NCBI GenBank assembly: GCA_964187785.1
Contig: OZ076409.1
Span: forward strand, 62,498,001 to 62,562,000
Length of the DNA: 64,000 nt
Reading direction: 5' to 3'
Source: Amphiscolops sp. MND2022
Lineage: Eukaryota
In this document: in pieces, positions 39,496-50,521 of the stretch
How positions within the stretch are numbered: the stretch's first letter is position 1
Layout of the letters: each line of letters opens with the position of its first letter
The notes under the pieces: model-generated
The model's input: only the letters and a program-made list of their open reading frames with translations
Database searches by the model: none
What the model was told of the DNA's origin: nothing
Position numbers and translations under genes: made by a program

Positions 39496-40107
39496 AACAA
39501 GCCGGGACCAGCCCAAGTCGGCGCCATATCCAAGGCTCAAAAATAGCAAAAAGACTTCCAAGTGTCAAGTATTCTCTTTTACAGTACTCGAAAATCGAAA
39601 ATTTTTCGAAAGAAAATGGACCGACTGGCGCGCTAAAGTCTCACAATGCCGAAAAACTGAGAGGGGGGACCCTTTGAGGTTTTTCAACATCCATTCAGTC
39701 GCAAAACATGAAAAAATTGAAGGGGGACCCTTTGGGGGAAAAATTCCGAAAAAAAGTCTCACAGTGCCGAAAAAAACAAAGGGGGGACCCTTTGGGATTT
39801 TCCAACATCCATTCTGTCGCAAAACAGCAAAAACATTGAAGGGGGGACCCTTTGGGGAAAAAAATTCGGAAAAAAGTCTCGGAGTGCCGAAAAAAATGGG
39901 AAGGGGGGACCCTTTGGTCTCCCCGGGTATGGTATGGTACGCGGGAAAACAGGAAAAACCTTTTTGGTTCAGTTCGCTAGACCAAATAGTGCAATTTGGT
40001 GCAATAATATTTTGTAGAACTTTTAAGAACTATTTTGGTCAGTTCGTGTGCATTGAAAAAAAGTCACTATAATAGTCGCGTTTCACTTCATGAAGCGCCG
40101 ACTAAAA
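39496..40107 (-). mobile_element. HINE family 1 copy, complete
   Basis: Both termini present; near-identical reverse complement of 19640-20678 with fewer central repeats. Confidence 0.8.
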
Positions 40108-40837
40108 ATCTGCAATTCATTAAGTTAGCTGGGGCACTAAAAAATCTATGACTTCAAATGTAGATGAAAGTTTTTTTGTGATCTGAAAAAATCAGCTTAA
40201 AATTTGTATTGCTAATCAACTCATTGGAAATCAAGGTCGATTCAACTATATCTTTTTTTTTCATATGCCATTCTGTATCTTTGCATTAGTGAAACATTTT
40301 TGAGCCTGAGTATTCGAATATTAACTACTATTCGGATACTCAGACTCGAAAAGGTTTCATTCGGTTTCATTTTAAGATATTTTATCAAAATTATCAAGAA
40401 AGTGAAAAATTTAGGAACAATCCATTGTCTCGAGTTAGTGGGTAATGCTGAGGAGCGAATATCATCTGGTAATGTTTAATTCGGTTTGCAATGATCGATC
40501 ACAAATTTTCAAAGCATATTTACTCAATTTGAATTGCATCCATTTATTGGGTGATATATTTCATTGGTTGACCCAATTGAACAACAGTGTCAACTTGAAC
40601 TTACTTATGATCATAACCTCATCAGAAAAGTAACAGAAGTTCTCAGTTGATCTTTGGGTTAGGTAAAAGAAAAGAATCTGAATAGAATATTTACTTCAAG
40701 GATCTATTTATCAATAATAGGAAATTGAAAGGATAATTTATATAAAAACAAAATTGGGAATACTATTAAAAGAAATTCAATATGTTGCTTTTTCAACCAT
40801 AAATATATTCCATGTTTTTTGCATCGTAGTCTTCATT

Positions 40838-43800
40838 TTAGTCATCATTTTCTTTTTCAAGAGTGAATTCTTCCGATCCGTGACTATCTGTTTCTTTATC
40901 AGGTTCTCTTCCATTCAAAACACTTCGTTTCGCAGATTTGTGGCAGCTTTCCAAATCTTTTCTTGATTCATGTTCTTCGCTATTTATAGTGACTGAAACA
41001 TTCTCATATTGCAAAGAATCTGAACTTGAAATTCTGTCTCTTTGACCCCGCGGCGAACAACCACACGAACTTGCAGGATTTGAGTTAAATGTATTGGTTG
41101 TTTCGGAGAAGGATGATGTGTCCAAAATAGCTTTCAGAGTTTGCGAGTTTGTGATTCTATGAAAAATTTTCAAATGTTGACTCAGTGAGCCTTCCATCAA
41201 AAACGCATCACACATTTTGCACAGGCTTGATATGTTATGTGACCTCAGGGGTTGCTGAGGTACTCCAGGGGACGAACAAGGCGGGGAGATATTTGAAACT
41301 TTCTGATTGGTCGAAATTCTGTTGCTGATACTTTCGCGAGAAACAATCTCAGGCGAAGTTGGCTCACTTTTGGGACTATAATCCATGGATGCCATTTCAA
41401 CGGAAACCTTGCCAGAATTCCTTGAGGTTAGCTGAGGCGGGGAATGAGATTCATAGTTGGCAACAGTTTGTCTGACCGTACAGTAATTTTGTTCATGTGC
41501 TTTCAAGGTCGTTTCGTGGATAAATTTAACATGACAACTCCTACATTGGAACTTCGCATACGGTTTGAAGTCCTGGTCGTTTTCGGTGTTGGGTGATCTT
41601 CGTTTGCGAGTTGCCAGGACTCTTTGAAGCGTTTGAGGGGACGTGGGGCGCAAAGATGCGCCAGACACAGAAGCGGAGGCTGCGGCGGCTACTGCACACT
41701 CCAAAAGACCCGCTAAAGCCGGTAGAGGTGCTGAACTTGTAGCAGAAACAGAGGGAGTCATAGTCACAGACCCACTCAAAGCTGTCCTTGTTTTGTCATC
41801 TGTGGTATTATCTGAACCCCCAATACCCCTGCTGCTATTCGCGACGAGCGAAGACTCAGCATCTCCCCCGTTTAAAGCATCATCACCTGTTGGTTTTATT
41901 GCGCAATATTTTTCCTTATGAATTTGCAGGGTATCTAGTCGGCTAAACATGATTCCACATGCGGAACATTTGTGTTTCCTGACATTTCCAACGGGCCCAG
42001 GAATTATGCCTAACCTTTGTTGAGTTTCGAAAGTTTTAGTTGCCATGACTACGTTTTCGAGGCTAGACAATTGCTGATGCACCTTCTCCAAGAGATCATC
42101 ACCTGATGAACTTTGTTGGGCTACCAAGGAAGTTAGCTCTCTGACATGGTTTTTGTTGCTCAAATTGTTTCCCCCAACAACGCTTCCTCCAGCGACCCCG
42201 TTTATTGGTCCATTTGATGCCAATGACGTTACCGGACTAATAGAGGGTTGCTTGCGCATCGGGCAATATGATTGGTTGTGGCCGTCCAGTGTTTCTTTGC
42301 ATTTGAAAGCAGCATTACATTTTTGGCATTTGAATTTTTTTGGAGGTGCCACTGCAGTTGAGGGCTGGTCTGGAAACAAAAAGAGAATGACGATATGACC
42401 AAAAGGCAACAAGTCAAACATATCTATCATAACTCATTCACTTTATCTTTAAGTTCAGAAGTTTTCAGTTTGCTAATTTTAAAAAGCATTAACTCTTGCG
42501 CAATGTGTTTTCCTAATCATATTTCTACTTTTTGAATGCTTCATCTGTATGAAACATCATGTTTATTTCAATTTTGCCGTTTTGTAATATCCAGTTCAGC
42601 ACCTAAAATTTAGAAAACTAAGGTACACTTTTATTAGTTATCCTACTAGAACTCTTAAAAGTGAAATGCATTTTCTTACTTTGAACAGCTGCTGCAGCAA
42701 GCAGAAATCTGTCGATCAAAGAGGGCAGCAAAGAAGCAGACTGCCCTGGATACAAAGAAGAGCTCAAACTACCAGTCAATACATTGGGCCCTCGATCTAT
42801 ACCCATCACTGTCTCTCTCACAGTTTCGGTATTGGCGGGTGAATTTTGGTGGGAACGTGACCTTAAAAGGTTACCCGTGTCGACTTCTTGTTCTGATGAT
42901 CTGCTGTCCTCTTCCAGTTTTGTCAATTTTCTATTCCTACACAGAAATTCTTCATTCTCATTGGCTAAAACTGCACCCCGTGAGTTATCAGCCAAAGGTG
43001 AACTTGCTTCTCGGGTCAATGAAAGGTCAACCGGGCAAGTGTTCTCGTCTTTCGCTGCCCCCAATGGTGAACGTGGAGTTGTGACGTCATAATTTATGAC
43101 GTCATTGATGTTGTTGTTGTGTAATTTTTTCGGTTCTGACACTTTGTCGTGGTTGATCATGTTCAAAGAAGTTTCATCATTCTTTTCATGCGTATTTTCC
43201 TGTGGCTGGAATTGAGCTGAAACAATCAACTTGAATTATTCAAATTACAAGTGATTGATGTTCTCTTTTAATTTCTACAAGCTTTTCCACAAAATGTAAC
43301 AAAAATGAATGACAACAAAAATAAATAAAAATGAATTATATCAATTAAACGAATTTTGCACTTGTAAATTGATATAATTTAGTTAGCAAGTGCATTAACG
43401 TTTCCCCAAGCCTAGGGCTTTTTCCGTGATTAAACATGTTTCTGATTGCTTTTCAAATCCATTTATGATGATAAAAATTAATTTATCTTTTGAAATGGCC
43501 AACGTCTATCCGTCAGTGGTGGATTCTAAAAGACATTATCGATAACATACTCAATTTTCGAAAGGATATTTTATTACTAAATTGCCGCCTCTTTGGATCT
43601 TCTCGTTTTTGCTTCTTCAAAATTTCAATTAATCAATTCTGTTACGCACAGTCCTTTTCAAGTGCCTTTTTAAAAGTGGCTTGCTTTTTAAAAATATATC
43701 GCTCGATGACTTTTCAACTATCTTGTAGGGCTCAAAGTGCGATCTTAATCATCAAGCACTGATGTACTCAGAAGTACCAGCGTTTGTAAGCTTTTGCTAA

Positions 43801-46382
43801 AAACGAAGATGCAGTTTCGTGAAAAAGAAATTAACTGCTTCTTATGTCAGTCTAGTGAATTTTCAGTGAGTATTTGGGAAAAACGTGTTGATTGAGTGCC
43901 GATTCTTCAAATATTTGGAGCTTTTTCTTCCTTGAAGTAAAAAAATTGAAATCTATTGACTGAGAGCTTTTTGCAATAACAAAATTTTTTGAAAAGGTAA
44001 TACATTTTTCATTTTAAAAATTTACCCCCGCCAAATGAAATGCGGGACCATGTCCCACCCAAGCGGCCGCGGGGGAAATGCGAAAGAAAGTTCTATTATG
44101 TCGACAAATACTATTATGTCGACAACGTTTGCGCTGGGATTTTCTATACGATTTTAGCTTGACTGGCACTACTGAAACCTGCTTTTTTCGACTAAAATGT
44201 GGGAAAAATCTTGGAAAATACTGTGAAAATTCTTAAGCATATTGCATGTGAAGAAATGAAGAAACTTTTGTTCTGGTAGTTGAGATAGATCATATAATAA
44301 CGTACTGTTCCACAAAACTTAAATTCTGACTTCAACTGTGAACCATGTTTTTTGATGAAATCTTCATTTTTAGTCGGCGCTTCATGAAGTGAAACGCGAC
44401 TATTATAGTGACTTTTTTTCAATCCACACGAACTGACCAAAATAGTTCTTCAAAAGTTCTAGGAAATATGTTTTTTTTCGAGGAAAAATTTTTTTCGAGG
44501 AAAAATCTCACAGCGCCGAAAAAACCTTAAAGGGGGCCCTTTAGTCTCGCCCGGTACTGTATGTTAGGCGGACAAACCTTTTTGGTTCAGTTGGCTACAC
44601 GAAATGGTTCAATTTGACATCATAATAATAATCAAATTTTCCTCCGTTTTTTGAGGAAATTGTCCAGTTCTGGAGGTTATTCTGGGTTCGAGTCTCCACA
44701 GTGCTCAACAACACAACAATTAGCCTTTTAGCATACTTTTTCTCAACGCATTTTCTCCACAAAGTATAAGATGAACCAAAATGGGTCAATTTTTCAGGTT
44801 TTCTGATTTTCTTGTAATTTCGTAGCTTACTGAGTACGCTCGAGCTTTAAAAGTATGCCGTTGCTGAAATACTTCAGGTGGAACTTTTCTCGCTGCTCAG
44901 CGGGCGTTTTGTTGAGCCAGTCTTTGAGTCTTTTTGCGGAGAGGCAATTCGAAAGGAAATGTCTCCGCAACAGTAAGAGACAAACTTACTTGATTGGTTG
45001 ATTCTGATTTGATCCCACGAATTCATGCATTTTTGATATTTGCCTAAAATTTGAAAATCTGTTTCGAAAGCCGCAACGAGCACAGGTTGATAAAATTTAG
45101 CCTAATCTCGGAAAAATGTGATTTTTTACTTGGACTCTTTCCTTTGATTTTAGTAATTTTCGCTGGCCTTGACGCACTTACCTTTATCGATGCATCAAAA
45201 CAATGGGATTTGTAATTATCATTTGCTGTGAACATGACGCTTTCATTTCTATCAATTTTCAATTCACCTGCAAATTACTGGGAGAGATTTTTATGAGTTT
45301 TTCTGGCACTTAATGATCAGTTGAAAATTATGCTTCTGACGACAAGCACTATTTAATTTTTAGTCGGCGCATTTTAACAAAATGAGCCCGACTATTACAG
45401 TGGCAAGTTTTTCTTCTTTTTTTCGTCAGATAACAGAATGTATGCGTAGTGGACACTTTTTACAGAACTACTAAACTACTGGACCGACAAACGGAAACGC
45501 ATCTAAGGTAATGCAAAGGGAGGGTCCCCCCTTTCATTTACTCCCTTTTTAACGTAAGATACAAAACCGGACGAGACTATAGGTCTATAATTTTTTTGAT
45601 ATTTTGCAACAAACTGGATTTTCAAAAAGTCAAAAGGGTCCCCCTTTTACAATTTTAAAAACTTTGCGCTTTTTGAGCCTTAGATATAGCGCCGACTTTA
45701 GACGTTCCCGTCTTGTTTATATTTGAGGAGTCGCTTATTTTTCCCGCTTATTACTAAATTCTGTTAATTTCAAATTGTATTTCGCTAAATTTTTCCCCAT
45801 CAAATCATGCAAGATATGTAAATTCAGGTGTTTTCCAGATGGTAAGAAAGAATTTGATGAGGAATTTTGAGTCACAAAATTCCTCTAAATAAGATTTCTA
45901 TTCACAACTTTAAAAAGAAAACGCTTTTCATTTCATATTTTAAAATGTGCAAGTTGCTTGAGATAACTCCCCCTCCCATTTTGGCGCATTTTTGGTTACT
46001 GTAAATTTCAGCCATCAATCAAATCCCCGAAACTTCGACCCCTTCCGCTAATTTGCTGAATGGTCTTCAAAAACCGGCGTAAATTGTGATGAACGTTGAC
46101 CTGAATTAAACTTACGGTCGGAGTCCAACTCTTTTTTGTAACTACTCGAAAATGACAAATCCAAAGCTCCATCTTCTCCGCTTTCATTTTCTCTGTGAAG
46201 AGAGCCACTATTGGCAGAAATGGTTTGTGGTAATTCTCTCAAAGAGTGACCTGTCCATAGTTTAGTCATATCCCAGCCCGCCCTCCCAGCTATGTGTCTC
46301 ATAAAGCTGGCTAGGTTGTTTTTTCCAATCGGGTTTCTCAGGTACCAACTTTTGGTGAAAGTATGCGGTCCTCACTAAGTTT
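40838..46382 (-). CDS. FOG/ZFPM (u-shaped)-type zinc-finger protein, 3' exons; 5' exons presumably outside the window
   Basis: Exons ~46382-46116, 43216-42680 and 42369-40838, joined in phase 1 with GTAAG donors. Three C-x2-C-x12-H-x4-C fingers (CQKC...HNQSYC, CSAC...HKEKYC, CRSC...HEQNYC), one C2H2 finger (CKMC...HLKIFH), and CtBP-type motifs PVDLS and ALDLS. Confidence 0.8.
44368..44592 (+). mobile_element. HINE family 1 fragment
   Basis: TTTTAGTCGGCGCTTCATGAAGTGAAACGCGACTATTATAGTGAC 5' end. Confidence 0.75.
45357..45717 (+). mobile_element. HINE family 1 related subfamily copy
   Basis: TTTTTAGTCGGCGC ... GCGCCGACTTTAGACGTTCCCGTCTTGTT. Confidence 0.75.
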
Positions 46383-46437
46383 CTGAATTTGAAATTGCGC
46401 TTTTTTTCAGAATTTTAGTTGAATGTGCTCACTGAAA

Positions 46438-46541
46438 AACAATAAAACTTCACGTTTGTTCAGACCTCAAGCCCATATAGAGAACACAGTAATCTCACAG
46501 TTTGAAACTTGAGGTCTGAGCAAGCGTGAAGTTTTATTGTT
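46438..46541. repeat. 34-bp inverted repeat pair (mini-MITE or hairpin)
   Basis: AACAATAAAACTTCACGTTTGTTCAGACCTCAAG ... CTTGAGGTCTGAGCAAGCGTGAAGTTTTATTGTT, 2 mismatches. Confidence 0.85.
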
Positions 46542-46579
46542 ATCAAATTATTATAACTTAATAATTTGATACGGTTTTG

Positions 46580-47394
46580 TTATTTTCCGCCCATATTTCA
46601 TATGGGAAAGGAAAATATTTAAATCAAACGGGTTTTTTTTTACAAAATTTGCCAAGAAATATTGTTTACGTAATATGAAGAAGTACATTCACAGAATTCA
46701 ACTGACATCAATTTAGTTCCATGCGATATGTATTTGTAAAGATTTTTGGACTTTTTTGGGAATGACGGAAATGACCCCATAATGACCCAAAAATGACCCC
46801 GAAAATGACAAAAATTCAAAACTTTCCCAATTTTCACCGTTTTCGTGCATTTTTTGCCATTTTTTCGATAAACATCGTCGATTAGAATGTTGAAAACGTT
46901 CAACAAGGCACGAATTCGTTGTCCAATAGTATTCTGAAGAGATACATGCGGTTTTTTAAAAGAAAAATTACCAAAAAAATGACAAAAATTCCAAATTTTT
47001 TTACTTTTAACGTTTTAATGCAATTTTTGTCATTTTTTCGATAAACGTCGTGGATTAGAATGTTGAAAACGTTCAACAAGGCACGAATTCGTTGTCCAAT
47101 AGTATTCTTCAAGGAGATAAATGCGTTTTTTCAAAAAAATTACCCCAAAAATGATTTAAAAAATTCCAAAATTTTTCGATTTTTAACGTTTTTATGCAAT
47201 TTTTGTCAAATTTTCGATAGACTTCGTGGATTAGAATGTTGAAAACGCTCAACGTGACAAGAATGGCAGGAATTCGTTGTCCAGTATGCTTTTCCGAAGA
47301 GATAATGGCTGTTTTCTAAATGAAAAATATATCAAATTCAAACCGAAAATGACAAAAAACACAAAATTTTCCAAATTTCAAAGTTTTTATGCAA
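46580..47394 (+). mobile_element. HINE family 2 copy, truncated by the Gypsy insertion
   Basis: Starts TTATTTTCCGCCCATATTTCATATGGGAAAGGAAAAT (rc of 24550-24593); tandem units stop abruptly at TTTTATGCAA|TGTAGC. Confidence 0.8.
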
Positions 47395-48129
47395 TGTAGC
47401 GATTACCTATCGAGTGCACGATTTCGAAAATTTCGATGAAAATTTCGTTCAAGGGACTATATCTCCTCTACTAAAGAGTCATATTCCGCTAGACGGCAGC
47501 GTGTCTTTATTCAAGTACCTGCCCACAGAATTGAAGAGAATTTGAGCAGAAGACTCGAGAGAGACCCCAACCGAACAAGAAGATTGCAGAAAAATACGGC
47601 CACTGTCAAAAAAAAGACTCAAATTTCTGCCAAAACGGACTGAACTTTGTTCTAACCAGTGCTTTCTTCAGCGAAGTGTTACAAGACGCTGTGATTACCA
47701 AAAATGAGTCAATTAGCTTGACCAAGCATCCGTGCTTGTGTCCCCGGCTAATTGCTGCCTCAAAAGTGCTAATTATGTAGTAATTTTCGTATTTTCTTGC
47801 TGTGACAGCTCGTGAGCTACTCTTTTCGATCTCCTGTGTAACTTCGAAGAAACTTGATTTTTCCTTTCCACCACTTGCATTTTTTAAAGGCTGTCTAAGT
47901 GTTGGTTTCGAAGAAAAAGCGTAATGCGCACTACTGATAGCAATTACAGACTGGATCAGGCCGGCGAGCACTTCACAAGAAGCGGAATCCTCCTCTGACG
48001 GGACAGTTTTTACCCGAAAGAGGCAAAATGAGCTCATGGTCATGGGCGCCTGTCCCGGGCAAATACCCATATCATGTGTTCCTCTAACTCTTATGGTTAC
48101 GGCGACAATGGTGAGAGCTTGTCGTTACA
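47395..48129 (+). repeat. 5' LTR of the Gypsy element (3' boundary 48129, possibly 48140)
   Basis: Starts TGTAGCGA at the break in the host HINE and ends TCGTTACA (7/8 terminal inverted repeat), followed by the PBS. The 3' LTR is not visible for confirmation. Confidence 0.7.
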
Positions 48130-48145
48130 TAGAGACATCATTTTT

Positions 48146-48163
48146 TGGCGACCACAGAGGGAT
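48146..48163 (+). promoter_or_regulatory. Primer-binding site, probably tRNA-Arg type
   Basis: TGGCGACCACAGAGGGAT: TGG start (complement of CCA); resembles the complement of tRNA-Arg(TCG) 3' ends (tRNA identity from recall). Confidence 0.7.
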
Positions 48164-50521
48164 CGCTTCGAAGTGCTTCCCTTAATGGTTTTAAAATAGC
48201 CGACCCTCTGGTGATTGACGCCAAGTACGACCCGACTCTGATGGAAAGAAGAGAGAAGCAGAGTTTTTCCATATTTTTACCCTGTGTGTGTTATTGAAGA
48301 CTTCAACCCCGGTGGATAAAGGTAAATCTTGTAAAAAAGCGTTGTATGTTGTGATTTTCATGCTTTTTTAGTAGTTGACAGGTAACGATCGAAATAGCCT
48401 ACCCTCTTAACGGGTCACTCATAAAATTGGTCTAGCAAGCCGCTGGGAGGCTGCTAGAAGTGTTAACAGGTGTTTTCTAGCCTTTTTCAGCTTTTTATGA
48501 CCAATGAAGTGAGTGTTGAGAAGAGGATGATCCTTGCTCAGAGGAATCTTACAATCTGCCGAAACGAGTTATACGACTCACCGATCCCATTTCCCGTACA
48601 GGCAACCTAGAGAAATGAAATTTGGTGGAGACGTACTACAAATGCTGACGTGTCTAATGGTGCAACCTGTTTGTCTCTGGCTGTTCTGGGTGATGAGCAA
48701 AAAGAACGAGAAGACACGACTCGTCAGTCCGGGTTGTATGATATTTTTGAGTCAGGTTAAAAAAATTTTTTGAGTCGCTCAAAATTTTGTGTACGACCAT
48801 TTGCCAATGTTTTTACGAGCCTTCTGCAACTAAGTGTGTGCTTTTGCACCTATTTTGTGCGAAAAAAGTGCGTTTTTTCATGTATTTTCGACGAAAAGTG
48901 CCAAATTTGGCCATTTTGAGGCGAAACACCTACATGAGCGCGAGCGCTCTTGGTGCTAGCCACGCACCTGCAGAAATTAAATAAAAGTAGCTCAGGACTC
49001 TAACGAGTTCGCAAAAAACGCGACGAAGTACTCAAAGTTGCCCGAGAAGGCACTTAGTATAAGTTTTGTGAGGAAAAAACCCCGTTTTTGAAAAACTGAA
49101 CATTTTAGCACTTTGAACTTGTGGGGGAATTTGTATGGAAGCTTTTAAACACCCCCGTATGGTTGCAATTAGGTTGGGGTACACCTGCCGGTACCCAACA
49201 ATACCCATTTTGGTAATTATAACCACTACTTCTTAAAAAAAGTTACGAGAACTGTGATTTTGAAGTTTTTCTATAGTACTCTTAAAAGAAACCCAACTTG
49301 ACTATTGACGAACACTTTTACGCTTAGAACAGCCCCAGGGCTATTGTTTTTAGTTTATTCGGTAAATTTAACGATCTACAGTAAAGACCGCATCCCAAAA
49401 TTCCTTTTCAGTGCTGAGAAAAGTAGAAAAATGCACTGAAAAACCTCCATTTTTCTAAAATCCGGACTGTCTCTGAGCTAAGGTCGGGTCATTGATTCTT
49501 GGACCTTAGCCAAAAGGTGGTTGCACTTTCATAACCACCACTAAAAATAACGCTAGTGCCGAAAATTTGGTGGACGTAACTTTCACCAAAATCGAGAAAA
49601 GTTCTCTAACATTTCAACTTCAGAGGACTGTAAAACTGCCGAAATAATCTAAAACTGAAGGACTGTCGGTGCCTTGTGTTTAACGGGCACACCTAATCGA
49701 GGGTTTACCCTAGTGCTACGAGTAGTGGGGCAACACGTAGATCCCATTTTTTCAGCCCTACCACTTTTTGAGGTGACCCTCTTAGCCAATTTGTGAAAAA
49801 AGTAGTCCAAAATTGTTTTTCTTTATGAGTGTTGTCCAAGTAAGGTCGAAACCTCAAATAAGCGTCCGCGCTTTCTTTTGATGGTTTCACCGGCATTGTA
49901 CACACTCATCGGCTGTAACCACAAAGTTTCGTATCAATCCAACCGGTACTTGATGAGAAAATAAAAAAAAAAACGTACCACTCAAAAAGTTGGGCATAGA
50001 GGGTAATTTTTCAAATTTTTCCTGAGTGATCCGAGTACCTTAATTGAAAAACGAGGTTGAATTGCAGTTCATTTCTATCATTTGTACCAGATATTACGTT
50101 GTTTTGCAAATTTTGAGCCCGCTAGCTTTTTTCAATGGAGAATAATCTTGAAGTAAGCATGAAAATTGATGTATCTTGATGACTAAGGGTACCGAACGTC
50201 CGGATCAGCCTGAATCTTGAAATAAAAACCTTAGCTTAGATTTAATTTTGCTATCGTGTAGTACACCTACCACAAGGTTAGGTGGCCAATTTTCAAGTGT
50301 TTCCGACGATTAGACGTTGCGTTCGAGGCATCTGAGTCATTTATAAAGAAATATAAAAAACTCAAAAATTGTCTAAAAACCCAATTGTTTGCGAATAAGC
50401 TATTCCGTAAGCCCCAAACGCACGGTTTCCGGCCCCACACCACGGTATCAACGCGCTGTGTAAGTTTCACGCCGGTACGACCCCTAGATCGATTTTTGAC
50501 TTTTTCGAGACGTGCGAAGTC

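Noticed and set aside
39437..40072. 211-aa ORF, and similar ORFs at 19739-20731, 30645-30908, 23867-24256 and 46640-47242
   Set aside because: Chance translations of HINE tandem repeats.
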